Origin: Vermamoeba vermiformis
Lineage: Eukaryota
Reading direction: 5' to 3'
Assembly (NCBI GenBank): GCA_045837725.1
Contig: JBEWZL010000093.1
Coordinates: 1 to 64,000 of the forward strand
DNA: 64,000 nucleotides
Shown here: piece by piece, positions 51,601 through 64,000 of the stretch
Layout: the number at the start of each line of letters is the position of its first letter
How positions within the stretch are numbered: the stretch's first letter is position 1
The notes under the pieces: generated by a model
The model's database searches: none
What the model was told of the DNA's origin: nothing
The model's input: only the letters and a program-made list of their open reading frames with translations
Made by a program: the position numbers and the translations under genes

Positions 51601-54600
51601 TAGTTATGACTTCTTGAAGGAATGGTTGGCTTACCAAAAGGCATGGAAATTCTTTAAACTAGCGTGCAAGTACTGTTCCTTGCTGAGTAATTTCTTTGCC
51701 GAGAAGCTACTGAGAAAAGCTGCCACTCGATCCTCTTGCTTTTCGTTTTCACGAGGAGTTGCTTGGATCTCGTGCGCAAGAGCTTCAATTGCTTTGACAT
51801 CGCCTTTAGCAGTCAAATTCTTGCTTTTCATTGCCTCGAAGCAAGTCTTCAAAGTGAAGGCCTCTTTGCTCGCGAACTCTCCTTGCAGCGAAGATGCTAA
51901 CTCCACCAGATGATGCGAGATATTGTGGCAGATATCCTGGCGAATGGCATCCAGTTTTGACTTCGTGGAGTAGAACGAGTCAAAATAAACGCGAAGGAAA
52001 GGCAACAGCTTGGTAAAAATGAACGGTCGAAGTTGCTTCTCCAGGCGCCTACAAAAGCATTAGTGTAAGCTATTCGTTTCGAATTATTTAATAATCGGTA
52101 CCTTTCAAGCAAAGCTTTGATCTTTTCTTGCTTTTCTTTCTCTTTTTGTTCCCGTTTGCGTTGCTTTTCCTCGTGTTTTTGTTGCTTCAGCAACTCTTTT
52201 TCTTCTTTTTTCTTTTCTTTGGCCAACCGCTTCTCTTCTTTCTGGTGCTCCTTTTCTTCTTGTTTTCGTTTTTTGGCTTCATCTTTATCTTTTTTAAGCT
52301 TTTCTTTCTCCGCTTTAGCGATTGGTTTCTTTACTTTCTTTTCCGGCTTTTCCTCATCGTCGCTTTCGGATGCCGAGCCAGACTTTGACTTGGAACTAGA
52401 TTTGGACGAGGCACTCTTAGCGTCTTCGCTATCACTTTCGGACTTCGATTCATTGTCGGATTCCTTTTCTGAGTCACTTTGGTCACTTTCTGACTTACTT
52501 TCTGATTCGCTCTCTGATTCGCTCGAGCTACTCTCCGATTCACTTTCAGATTCGCTTTCGCTTTCGCTGTCACTGTAACTGGCCGACTCATCCGAGGAAA
52601 ATTCCTCTTCCGAGCTGCTGACGTCATAAACATCTTCTGCTAGTTCGGCATCTTTGTTGGCACCTCGTGGTCCGTATTCTTTCACTCGCTCGATAAACAA
52701 ACGCAGAGACTCCTCAGCACTTTGAAGGATTCTCCATAACTGGCTAGAATTGTCGATGTGCTTGATCTTTCGTTCTGTTTCTAAGAATCCTTCAAGAAAC
52801 AGGGACAGAAACGCGCCGCGAATAGGCGCCCAATTGCTCATGTCTGAGATTTGTTCCACAATCGTGTTGACGTCAAAAATGCTCTGGCACTTAATTTCAG
52901 CTTCGTAGATCTTTCCTTGACAAATTATTGCGAAGAGCTCGATAAGCTTGACGCAGTACTGCATTTCTGAGTTTGTTTCTCGATAAATACGCTCATGCAT
53001 CATTTTAGATCTGCAGTTATTAGAAATGTTTAACACAATTTAAAGTGTGTTTACCTTTTGCTAACGAGTTCAGGATTGTCGTAAATTATAAGCACCGATT
53101 TTTGTTTTTCTGCAAGCAAGTTTGCGAGCAGTATTTGGTTGCGACGCAATGGAATATTGTTGATAGTCAGAATAGTCTGATAAAGATTAGAAAACAAGCG
53201 TTAATTAGTAGCAACTGCTGTAACTCACATGCAACACTTCAACATAGATCGGTAGTTTGACCTTAGCCATTTGATTCAACACTTTGCGGACGTGTGCTTC
53301 CGTTATTTGCAAGCAAATATCGCGATTATTGTGAATTATTGCGATGAGCAGCTCGGAGACTTTGATTGTCAAATCAATATCGTCGATATTCTCGAGCAGG
53401 AAATCAATGTGATTGAACATCCTTTCTTGATTTTCCGCATTGTTGCGACAAAACTAAGATAACAATTAGTACCAGTTGCGGTGACTTAAAAGTTCAGCTT
53501 ACTCTTTTCAAGAATTCAAGGCATGAATTGAGCACTTCCGTTCGATCAGAAATCTTTTTCACCTTCATGATCTTAATGACAGCGTCGTAGACCTTCAAGT
53601 GATTGAAGATTTTTTGATTCTCGAGGTGTGACCGATACACATCACCAGCAAGACTCGTCATTTGTTTGAGAATGTCTTTGAGGTCGTAGAGTTGCCGCTT
53701 GAACTCCGTAGCCATTTGCTTTCGAATGAAGCTCATGTATTGCCGTACTTGGGTGTACGTTGCCACAAACTTCTCGTCGGCAAGTATTTGAATCTTGGAC
53801 TGCGCCTTCAGCAACTCTTTTTCTTGTCTACTTTTTGATTAGTACCAAACACTGATTTAGAACGGAACTTACGTAAAATTTCTGATAAGTAAGTTGGCTG
53901 CAGCACAAGACAAACGCGTGTTCGAGTTCGATACTAAACTCATCAACAACGCTAAGTACTCTGGTGTCATTAAGTGGTATTCTTTCATCACCGCCTTGAC
54001 CTGGGGCGCAGTACTTTCATCGAACTGCGTGGAGTCTTCGTAGTACTTCTTCGTCTTGATATCAATGTCCGATATCTTTGACTTCGCTGTTTCCAATAAA
54101 TAGGTCAAGCGTCGGTCGATGCGGTAATCGTAAAAGTAATCCAACATGGTGCAAACGGTTTCTTTTGATTCTTCGTCATTATTAGGATCACTGAGGATTG
54201 ATAGAAGGAACGGCAGCAGTTTGGCTACGTCGTCGTGTGTAAATAAGCCGATACTGAAGACTTGCTGGCATAAAAGCAAGACCGTAGACAATAGCTTGTC
54301 TTGCCCACTGTGCAAGTACTCAAATACAAACGTCTTCAGCTTTTCGAGGTCGAATTGCATGAAAGCTAAGCATGCTTAGTAAAAAGCGACAGCTAAGGTC
54401 GAAACTTACATGATATAGAGCTTTGCGACAAAATAGTATCGCCGCCCGTTGACCTGATGTTTTGTTGCAAGTTGGACCAGAGCTAAAATATATTAGCCTT
54501 CGAAATTTCAAATATTGTTTTTAATGCTTACTCGAGTATAGTTAATGAAGCTGACTTGTTTAACGGTGCCTTGTTTGATGCTAACTTCAATTGCCGCGAA

Positions 54601-57600
54601 TATAAGCTTGCCCATCGAAATTCTAAAAATAGGTTAGAATTTGTCGTTTAAGAGTAGTTGGGCGAACCTGACGGGTCCAGGTAACTGATTGTCTGCCAAT
54701 CCAGCCAAGGCCAGTAATAGATTGTACTTGCGAAGTACCAGCGCACCCGTAGTTACATTACCACCGTAACAAAGGTGTGCGAGCAGGTTGATGAAGTTTG
54801 TCATGTAGTCAAGCAGCTTAGGGTTATCAGTCAAGTAGGTGGCCAATTCAGTCCATTCCTTGTTTGCGGTCATCACTTTTAAGTAAACTCCGGACACACT
54901 CTTTTCATGTTGCGGAACAGTCGGCTGAAGGAAAATGAGTTACACGAGCAGCATGTACTAAACAAACACTTACTCTCGGAGAAAACAGGTTGCTGCGTGT
55001 CAAAAACGAAGTTGCACCCAAGCGATCGGTCAAAGAATCTTCGTTTGAGAGTTTTAACATTATGACCGCATCGTTGTTGTCAAGGAGCATTCGCGCAATC
55101 ATAATTTGATTACGTGGTATTGATTTTCCCAAGCACGTGCACATCGAAGATAGCAGTGTGAAGTACCTATCTAATGGTAAAACGATTGTAAAAGCGCACT
55201 GATGACGTACCTGTTGGACTTGGCTTTGTTTTCTGCTATTTTGTTTATCAAATTTCGTATTTGGATTTCGGAAATGCGTTTCAACAAGTTTTTGTTGTCT
55301 TTGATCAATTCGATGTACGTTGATGTGCCTTTAATCGACAATGCGATCTGTAATAGGTCAGTTTTGATTTTATGAACGAAATGACTTACGTTTCCTTGAA
55401 TAAGCATAGCGTACTTCGAGGCATAGTTCTTGTTTAATTGGTTGTCGACAAAGATCAATCGCAGCAGAATGTTAATGTAACGGCACAATGCCAGCAGCGC
55501 ATGATTTTCCGGTCTCTTAATTTCTTCGAGTTTGACTTTGTCATTGGCGAGCGTAAGATAGAGGTATTGAATAAGTACATCAATGATCTACGAATAAATG
55601 GTTATGAATGGCCTAAATTCGGTTGCATGAGTTACTTACTCCTTGTTCGCGGAACAAGTGCTGAATTTCCTGAACGGGAGAATTTAAATTTTTCAGAGTT
55701 TCGTACGCTACTGTGCCCAAATCCGTGTGCTTCACAGGGTTAACTTGTAAAATCAATTGTTGCAGTATCTTATCGATTGATTTGGCTTGTACTGCCATTG
55801 GTGCAATCTCCTCGCCTGCACTGGACACGAGCCTCTTCGCCTACTCAAATTAGCATTATTGTCAACGCAATCCTGACTTACTTGCTCAAGGTGCACTTTC
55901 AACTCCCGCAGCCTTCCGTGTAGCGTATGGAGCGCGGCAACTTCACTATGTTTCACTTTTATGACAGCAAATACATCTTTGTCCTCGAATGTCGACACGC
56001 CAGTGATCTAACCGACCTATTAGACATTATGACCATAAGACTCTGAACTTACGCTGAGACTTTCTTCTTCTCCTTTCCGCGTGCACAAGATTTCTTGTTC
56101 GGCGTGTAGCCAACACTGAGACTTGTGATGCCTAATACGAACAAATGAACCGAATTTGACGTTTTCTGCTACCGAGGATCCCAGAGTAATCGGATGAAAA
56201 GTGAACAGAGTATTGGGTGAATTAGGCCCATCGCACGTGGTTAGCTTGATGGTTTTGCTGCTCGACTCCTCCATAATAGTTGCAAGAGAAAGTTGAGGTA
56301 CTGACGTGCTCATCTTTGGTTGAGTACGTGCCATTGTGGACCGAGATTGACTAATACTGTCGTCTTCCTCAGCCGTTAAATATTTGCCAGTAGCAACGTG
56401 GCGCAGGCGATATAATTTTTCAAACGTGGCAATACCACCTAAATAGTGTGCGTTAGTCACGTACAAAACCATAGTTGCACTACTTGCCTCGAGTATTGTT
56501 ATCGAATTCTACCTCCCAAAGCGAGTTTGAGTTCGTGTAGTTCGTGCGCCGCTTGGCACTTTCGAGGCAAACTGTGTGGAACACTTAATAACATACTAGT
56601 ATTAACGAAAGCACTTACCTTTTTCGAACGACTGCGCGTTTGAGTCAAAAAATCTGTCCAAATTGAACACGGAGTCGTTTCTTATTAACGAGCTGCTCGT
56701 GTCAGTTCTAAGGGACTTGGCTGACGAAGACAAATCAAATGAGGAACCACTTCGTGACAAACTGCCTTGTGAGCTGTCGCCGTCACTGTTATCATCCGAC
56801 GACTGATCAGACTCTTCATCGGTTTCTCTTTTTGCCGAAGAAGTCAGTCGCGCATTCTTCTCGAAGAGTTGTCGCTCTTCGCTGTCATTCAAAAGATACG
56901 CCTCGATTTCTTGGTGAAACAATCTTATGGTGTCTCCAGCCTTCAAAAACTCTTCCTCAAGCGGTGAGTAATGGCTGTAAGGTACGACACGCCAACCAAC
57001 GCCAGATGGATTGCTTGAGGCATTAATTTCGCTCGCATTTTCCGCTATTAATTATTAGCTCCAACTACTTGAGTGGCTATATCGCAACTTACTTCGCGTG
57101 AGATGAACGCCCAAGTTTGGAAATCGTTTGCTCTCCAGCACAATTTGATCACCCATAGCAACGGGCTCGCCTTCAGACCTCATCTTAAAGCGAGGAGACA
57201 CAACGAACCTATTTTATCTGTCAACAATAGCTCGAGCAATTCCTACGGATACTTACCAAGACCCTTCAGTTCCATCGGGCTCTAGTACCACCTTCAAGCA
57301 ATCTTTCTCGAGGTTTGCCATTTCTTTGACGGATATAGTCACAAAGTGGCCGCTTTTCACGTGTTGGAGCTGCACAATTTGACCGTACACCACTGGCTGG
57401 CCGGCGACATTTTGACATTCGTGAATATTTTCGTCCATTTCTGTTAGTGCTGCGTCACGCAACTTCTGCAAGTCATTGCTGGCGTGTATTTCACTACTCA
57501 CTCCGAGCAGTGTAGCGTTATTGTGAACCTCGTTAAACTGCTTCTGAGCATCGTATTTAAAGCGAGGGCAAACACGAAATACGCAAGCTGTGAAGTATTA

Positions 57601-57972
57601 GAAAGGCTGTAATTTTGATACACTTTGCGCAACATATTTACCGTAAAAATCTGGAATAAGCGACCGCGTGGATGCCTCGAGTTTGCAATCTCGATCTGAA
57701 AATCTTAAAATAGCGTTAAAAAAATTAAAATCAAGAAATATTATTTGTAAAAATACCCTGCAATAATATAACCATTTCCTTCTCCAGAATACAGAGAAAT
57801 TCTAATAAAGATAGATTAGCTTGTGCGTATGTCACTAAGCACTGTCACTGTTCAAGGCTTAAACTTACGCATCGCCAAATTTTAACTGATTCTCATATTC
57901 GTCGCTTTTGAGTGGCGCGCGCTCTGGCAGTCCGCTTTTAAATCTGGAAATTGCTTGCGCGGCTAACCACAT
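48616..57972 (-). CDS. ITPR: Inositol 1,4,5-trisphosphate receptor / ryanodine-receptor-like Ca2+ release channel
   Basis: N-terminal 'CVFRVCPRFKYDAQKQF' and 'VVYGQIVQLQHVKSG'; MIR repeats ('GDTIRLFHQE', 'YRLRHVATGKYL', 'FVRIRH'); RIH-associated 'ILRFLQLLCEGHNLELQ' and 'TLTEYCQGP..ENQ'; pore 'GLRTGGGLG'; 'IFGIIIDTFQELR', 'CFMCG' and 'HNLWHY...RTEYTGPEQYV'. Confidence 0.95.
52100..52625 (-). repeat. In-frame low-complexity insert in the IP3R: acidic (SE)n tract followed by a Lys/Glu-rich charged helix
   Basis: Translation 'SSSEEEFSSDESASYSDSESESESESESESSSSESESESESK...KEKKKEEKELLKQQKHEEKQRKREQKEKEKQEK'. Confidence 0.85.
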
Positions 57973-58280
57973 TTCTATTACACGATAAATATTATTTACA
58001 AATTATGTACATTGGTGATGTATAGATTGTTAGAAAATAATATACACAGCACAAAAAGTTGGCATTAGGCTCCTTTTTTGTATTTCTTTTGTCACAATAA
58101 CGCTCCACACATATTTCTATTATCGTCAATAGTAACCACACCACTATAGTTAAAAAAACCGATTGAGTTCGCCTATTAAGCTCATTTCCCGGAAGTTAGG
58201 AGAAGAGATCGAAGGATTATTATTTAATCTCGGGCACTTGCAAAACGAATAATCAATTCAACGCCTTCAAATCACCACAA

Positions 58281-59812
58281 ATGACCGAAAATACAGTTTT
58301 GATTCTTGGTAAGTAATAATGTTGTTGCTAACGGATGAAAGATTTTATTTCCTATTATTGACTTCTAATATTTATTTAATCGCAGGTAGATATATTTTTC
58401 CGTTTCATGAATGGATTGGCTCAGAATTTAAAAAGATTTTATTTACATCCAGCGAGTTCAAAAAATCAATTCCGCAGTATCAAGCAAGGCAGTTTGTGCA
58501 CATCGAGTATTTCGATAACTACGAGACCAATATGTGCATTGAGCTCAAAGCAGTCGAATTACACAAAAAATATGGCTTTTCGCGCGTCGTTTATCAAGCT
58601 GAACAAGATGTGTTGCGAGCAGCGCAGATTCGCGAGTTGCTCGGGTTGGTAGGCCAATCTGTAGCAAGCGCACTTCAGTTTAGAGACAAGTTAATCATGA
58701 AGGAGACTCTTTTAGCTCGACCAGATGTAGTGCAGACCATACTGATTCCAACATTCGCACGTGTTGTCGGAGTTAAATCAATCCTCGATTTCATCGCGCA
58801 ACATGACTACCCTGTCGTGTAAGTTACGATGATAATAGATAGGGGATTACTAACAGTGGAGTAGCATCAAGCCGATCCGTGGAATGGGGTCGATGAATAC
58901 GGCCATCGTGCACAATGTAGAGGAGCTTCAGTCCTTCCTTCGACTTGGTCTCTCGCATGACGTTGACGGTCCAATTGACTACGAAATAGAGAAGTTCATT
59001 CATGGTGAAATGTATCATATTGACGGATTATTTTACGATGGCAAAGTGAAGCTGTGCTGGCCTTCGAAATACGTCAACACCTGCGTGGGTTTTAAATCAA
59101 ATGCCTTCCTTGGTAGCTATGCCTTGCATAAAGACAATCCAATGACCGAGGCGTTGCAATCCCTGGCAGAGCCAATTTTAATGGCCTTGGACCGATCGAG
59201 CTCCTACTCGTTCCACATCGAAGTCTGGGATTTGCAACCAAATGTACCCTTCACCAAAGATGAGAATATACCACGCTCAGAGGTAAGAGAAAGGGTAACA
59301 ATGTGAAGTCTAATTAGTTGTAGCGATTCGCTTTCTGTGAGGCCGCATGCCGCACGGGTGGTGCAGGAGTAGCAGCTGCTACTGTACAGCTGTTGGGCGT
59401 AGATTTGAACAAAGCATGCGTGCAATCGCAGCTTCTTGATGTTCCTTTAACTAGTCCTATTCCACTTGGCGACTTGGACTGGCGCAATCAGATCCGACAC
59501 TCGAACAATGAAGTCGTTCCTCTGCACGTAAGTCGATAGCTTGTAATAAACGTAATTAACCATGATTAGTGTCGAGAGGGATGTACTGGATGGATGGTCG
59601 TGTATGGCGACCCTAACGACTACGTTCTACCGAACCCCGATAGCGAGTGCCCAGTGAAAGGCGTGTGCTCGTGGGGTTTGATGGATCAAGGTGAAGATCG
59701 AGCTCATTGCACGGCAGGCTTTGCACAGTTTATATTTGCCTCCACGAGTGAAGAGCAAGTGCAAAAAGACATGTCAGCAGCAATTTCGTGGTTGACCAAG
59801 AATAGAAAATAA
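58281..59812 (+). CDS. ATP-grasp carboxylate-amine ligase (L-amino-acid-ligase-like, bacterial biosynthetic type)
   Basis: 'EQDVLRAAQIRELLGL.GQ...AL.FRDKLIMKE', 'YPVV|IKP..GMGS', 'EKFIHGEMYHIDG', 'FHIEVW' and 'FCEAACRTGGAG'; four short GT-AG introns. Confidence 0.85.
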
Positions 59813-59977
59813 CCGCGAGAAATTCTTGCGGAAATTGATTGCCGTTTCGTGTGAGAGTCGCGTAAGTACGCCCAAGTTGCTTTAAAATAACTTAGCTAAT
59901 GCGAGTTAAGTAGTCAAACACAAACAGAGCCCTAACTAGCAAAAAACTCACGATCTTTGGCCAAAACAACCCCAAAA

Positions 59978-60912
59978 ATGAATGATGCGAGCAACAGTGC
60001 CGAGCAAGTTGATTTTATATATAAGGTAACAAAAAAATTATTGTAAATATTCATTCGGTAATTGTAGGCCGGATTCGTTTTTTCGGATCGGCGCGATCTT
60101 AGATCCGTCGAAAATTGAAACAATATTTTTTATACAATTTAATATCAATGCTAATGCTTTTGGCACCGTTACAAATTTATCATTATAAGTTTTTCGTTTT
60201 TTCGTCAGGTGATCTTCATCGGAAGTTGCAAGAGCGGCAAAACAAGCTATCTGCAGCGCTTGATAAAGAACAAATATTCAGATAAATATAACGAAACGAT
60301 TGGAATCGATTTCGTAAGTAAATTTATTTGTTGCGTTTGCCTCGATGTAACATCCTTTCCTAGGGCAACAAAATAGTAGTATTACCGCGGGGTATTAAAG
60401 TGGGCGTAGAAATATTCGATCTTTCGGGTAACACGCGGTTTTCAGCGGTTACCAGTTCTTACATCCGCAGTGCCGTTGGTGCACTGCTTATGTGCGACGT
60501 TACAGACAAGAGCTCATGGGGTGAAATTCCAAGTATAGTCAAGACTATGAAGGAGCATAAGGGTGAAGACTTGCCCGTAGTTATTGTCGGTACAAAAGCG
60601 GATCTCGATCACGAGCGCCAAATCTCACGAATAGACGCGTACCTCGCGGCCGGAGAATACGAATTTCCGTACATAGAAACGAGTGCTAAAGAAGGCACAA
60701 ATATTGAAGACGCACTCACAAGGTTGGTGCAGTTCATTTATGACAGGTACGTAGCATCTTCATTCTCGAAATAAAAATTAACGTTATTTTGCAGTAACAA
60801 CGTAGAAATAGACGACGATTTGACCATCGAAGAAGACGTTCCTCTCGCACAACCGCGCGTGGGATTTTTAGGTCGGATGAGCTGTTGTTGGCGAAGCGAT
60901 AGCCTTGTATAA
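59978..60912 (+). CDS. Divergent Rab-family small GTPase
   Basis: 'YKVIFIGSCKSGKTS', 'TIGIDF', 'FDLSGNTRFSAVTSSYIR', 'VGTKADL', 'YIETSAK' and C-terminal 'SCCWRSDSLV*'. Confidence 0.88.
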
Positions 60913-61059
60913 TAGTGTTAATAAAGCGAAATATGAATACATAAACATGAGCTTAGTTACAAGCAGAGGGATCGTGTCATGTTCCAATTTAGCGATGGGC
61001 TAAAAATGGAAGTAGAAAACAAATCTTTGCTAGATCAAACATTTTAAAAGTTAACGTAA

Positions 61060-62333
61060 ATGGAAAACACATGGACGTCGCAACGAGATTTTTTTTCGAG
61101 CGGCGGCGTTCCTTTGCCACCAATATTAAACAATAATATTAAGATCTTCGAAGGTCTATTTTATGCATTGCTCAGTTTGTTTGGAATTGTATTTTTAATA
61201 TCTCTGTCATTTTGTATCAAAGCATGGATGTGCTCTGTCGACAAACGGCGAATTACAATCGTCAAAATAATTTATGGTAAGTTCCATCTAATTTTCTCTC
61301 AATTAAATCGCGCAAATTTTACTATAATATGCTGGAGTTATATAAAAAATATTTATTAACATACACGATTTTATTTATTTAAGTTTTAATCGCATCTGGT
61401 GCCGTTCTCAATTAGACACGTAAACTAATTAATTATTTCTCAGCGTTGCTTCCTTGGGCGATGTTAGGCAAGTTAATTACGCCGGTATAATTTGCAATTT
61501 TTCGCAGCTAATATTTGATCAGCTCGCATGATAGAATTCGTAACTAACATCGCATCTGGTGCCGAGAATTTTCTGGTAGCTGGAATTATGACGCAAACTA
61601 AAGCTCAAATATTCTTTGGCAGTCTCCCTGGCTACATTTTCTTTTCGTCATATATACTGCTCGTGTTATTTTGGTACGATTCGTGCACGCCGTTTCGTTA
61701 AAATAACTAACTTATGTTTCCAGGATCATTTTGTATTACAGATCGCGCGATCAAGACGTGCAATTCTTAAATAAGCTAAGCAAGATCTACTTGTTGCTTA
61801 ATTTGGCCGTGTATTCAATTTATTTTGGCCTTTTGACGCTGTTGTTCACCTTACCAACGGACGACGTCGCGAGGATTGTTCACCCAGTCGAGGTAATTAG
61901 CTTACTCCTTCACTGATGATTACTAAGAGTGCGAACTGTAGGCGTGCTATGCAGGAAGTTTAAGTATCGCGGCAGCTCTTGGCTTCGTCATTTACGGACG
62001 GCGTGTGTACGCGCGATTAAATTACATGGTCGTGGCATCAAAAACAAGACAGCAAATGTGTCGCAAAGTAAGCTGGCGCTATACACTTTACCAGATGCTA
62101 ATTGTATCCAGATTGGTTATCTGACCATTGTGTGCTCAATTGTCTTCAGTCTGCGATCAGTCATCATTTTTTTGTCAATATTTGTCTTGAGACCTGACAT
62201 GGTGGTTCTAAATCTGCTATCAAAGTTAGTTTTCCATTTGTTATGTGAACTAGGTCCTACTCTGACTATAATATGGTTTTTGAACAAGTCACGATCTAAT
62301 ATTAATGACTCTCAGCAGCCCTTGCTTTTGTAA
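61060..62333 (+). CDS. Multi-pass membrane protein of TOM1/THH1 (DUF1084) / GPR137-like type
   Basis: About seven hydrophobic segments across exons; 'SLPGYIFFSSYILLVLFW', 'ICSIVFSLRS'-like helix, 'LCELGPTL', and a C-terminal dileucine-like 'QQPLLL'. Confidence 0.7.
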
Positions 62334-62339
62334 ATAAAA

Positions 62340-63700
62340 CTTTAGTTCTGATGATTTACTATGCAAATTGCTGGAACTTGAAGGTGATTGCCACAAGACA
62401 CAATCATTCTTGCATACTGATGGTTACTATGTCCCATACAGTGCAAGCTATGATTTTGAGAGTTAAAAATATTGCACCTTTTTCACTTGAAGCTGCAAAA
62501 TAAAGCTGGAAAAATTGTAAATAGAATATTCATAGTAATTTATCAATTAAATCTACAATCTGTCGAAAAGAGCTTCTTCACACCAATGCTCCAATGAACA
62601 TCACTTTGCATGTATTACCTTTGCCAACTGAGTCCTTAGAGTGGCATGCAACCAGCAGCCAAAGTCAATCAGCTCTGAAACTAAGACGTCTGAGCTCCCT
62701 GCCAAGTTGGAGTTATCCAATGCTGTTGTTATTCATGTATCCTTTACACAATAACTGACATCTAATTCAATTATATATTAATTTTCAAAATGGCTAATAA
62801 CTTACCTTATCATACTTACATACTACAGCACTTGGCCAAACAGGGCTACCCCTCAAAACTACTGATGCTGCGCAATTGACAGTGCATTAGAAAATTGTCC
62901 ACCAGATTAGATCAAGCCAGAGCCACAAAGATTCATTTGTGTGCTGGACGAATGAATTAGAACAAGCAGGAAAAGACCAGTTGCAGACACTCTGTTGGCA
63001 AAATGGCTGCAGAATGTGATGCCAGAGAACCTTCAAACTGTGGCAATCAAAGCTAACTTTATCCTCCAAAACTTTGCAGTAAGCCAGATTCACCCAGAAG
63101 TTGCTAAGTATCTCCCCTTGTTGGTGTTCCTGTAAGAAACATTTATTTAAAATTTGCCTAACATTGCTGTTGCAAGATAATACCTGAAAGTCTTCAGTAA
63201 ACTTGCTCCATGGGGGCTCCAGAAATTTTGATACATTGAGTTTACATCACAATACAGGACATGTCACAATGGATTTTTGGGCAAAAATGCAGTATCAACT
63301 GGCTGACTATGTTGAAAAGTTAATAGCAGCAAATTGCATTACATACCCCAAGTCTTCATCTTTCCTGATTTGATTGAGCACATCATAAATCTTTCTTTTA
63401 AAGTTGATGTCCTTCTTGTGATGCTTCATCCATTTGTGCCAATCCTCATAGTTGCTCTCTCAACTACATAATCATCAACATTGTATTTTATTGAATAAAT
63501 CTTTCAACCAGCACCACAGTCCTGAACATTGGGTCTGATTCCACGACTTTGGCAACCTGGCTGCTGCTGGCAACACGTCACTGAGAGGACTATAATGCAA
63601 CAACTTTTAGAAGTGGATCCTCTTTGCAACGTGAGAGCAGTGTATGTATTTAGTTAGTACTTGCACAGGTTTTACTCAGCAAAGAAAGATAAAATACAGC
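62340..63700 (-). pseudogene. Degenerate, CpG-depleted coding remnant (possible silenced transposon, viral insert or pseudogene)
   Basis: Minus-strand protein-like fragments (for example NYEDWHKWMKHHKKDINFKEKIYDVLNQIRKDEDLG) are broken by stops, with residual splice-like signals. I count only about 4 CG dinucleotides in 62341-63540. Confidence 0.45.
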
Positions 63701-64000
63701 CGGATCATGACAATCAACTGCTGTTATGTACCGTAAAAGGCAAGCTGATTTAACTGCAGTGAACTATCGGCATTAGGTGAGCCTTCCCACAGTATTCTTC
63801 CAGTCAAATACACATCACTTACCATCTATTGTTGATAAGCAGAGCCTGTGATCTGTTGGGGTGGGATTGGAGAGATTTTAGTACGCCGTGCGTAACATTT
63901 TTGCTAGAGCACCGATAGAACACCACAGAGAGAGGTCCTCTCCAGAGAAAAAGTGTTATACTTGTTGTTGTTTGCATGGTGTTAGTGGTGCGAAGGAATA

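Noticed and set aside
52117-52578. Plus-strand Phe/Ser-rich ORFs, and similar antisense ORFs at 4694, 7996, 16412 and 48643
   Set aside because: Shadow ORFs antisense to real low-complexity or coiled-coil exons.

Overview
Gene-dense eukaryotic nuclear DNA, not prokaryotic. It has many short GT-AG introns (about 50-250 nt, GTAAGT/GTACGT donors, CTAAY-type branch sites), short intergenic gaps and apparently the standard genetic code. The gene content fits a free-living phagotrophic protist, possibly an amoebozoan (inference). About 24 protein-coding genes were reconstructed by hand. Housekeeping and signalling genes: glutamate carboxypeptidase II-like peptidase, inorganic pyrophosphatase, SGT1, GCN5, SARAF, palmitoyl-protein thioesterase, Rab32/38-like and a divergent Rab, PCCB, ammonium transporter, IP3-receptor-like channel, two F-box proteins and a TOM1/GPR137-like membrane protein. 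Five genes look bacterial in type: AAC(3)/YokD acetyltransferase, a secreted beta-helix protein, an alpha/beta-hydrolase, a DUF1080 protein and an ATP-grasp ligase. The best finding is a probable hidden selenoprotein at 10006-13533: a RasGAP-like domain (arginine finger replaced by Lys) spliced in frame to an AhpC/TSA-2 (SelU/SelL/PRXL2-like) redox domain. Its active site reads RHFG-U-VTC, the UGA codon is split by an intron, and a SECIS-like hairpin lies in the 3' region. Also notable: a head-to-head pair of GBP/atlastin-family GTPases with signal-peptide-like N-termini, a small secreted cysteine-rich peptide with acanthaporin-like spacing, and a sharply CpG-depleted degenerate block at the right end. 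All gene models are manual; internal exon boundaries are approximate unless stated.
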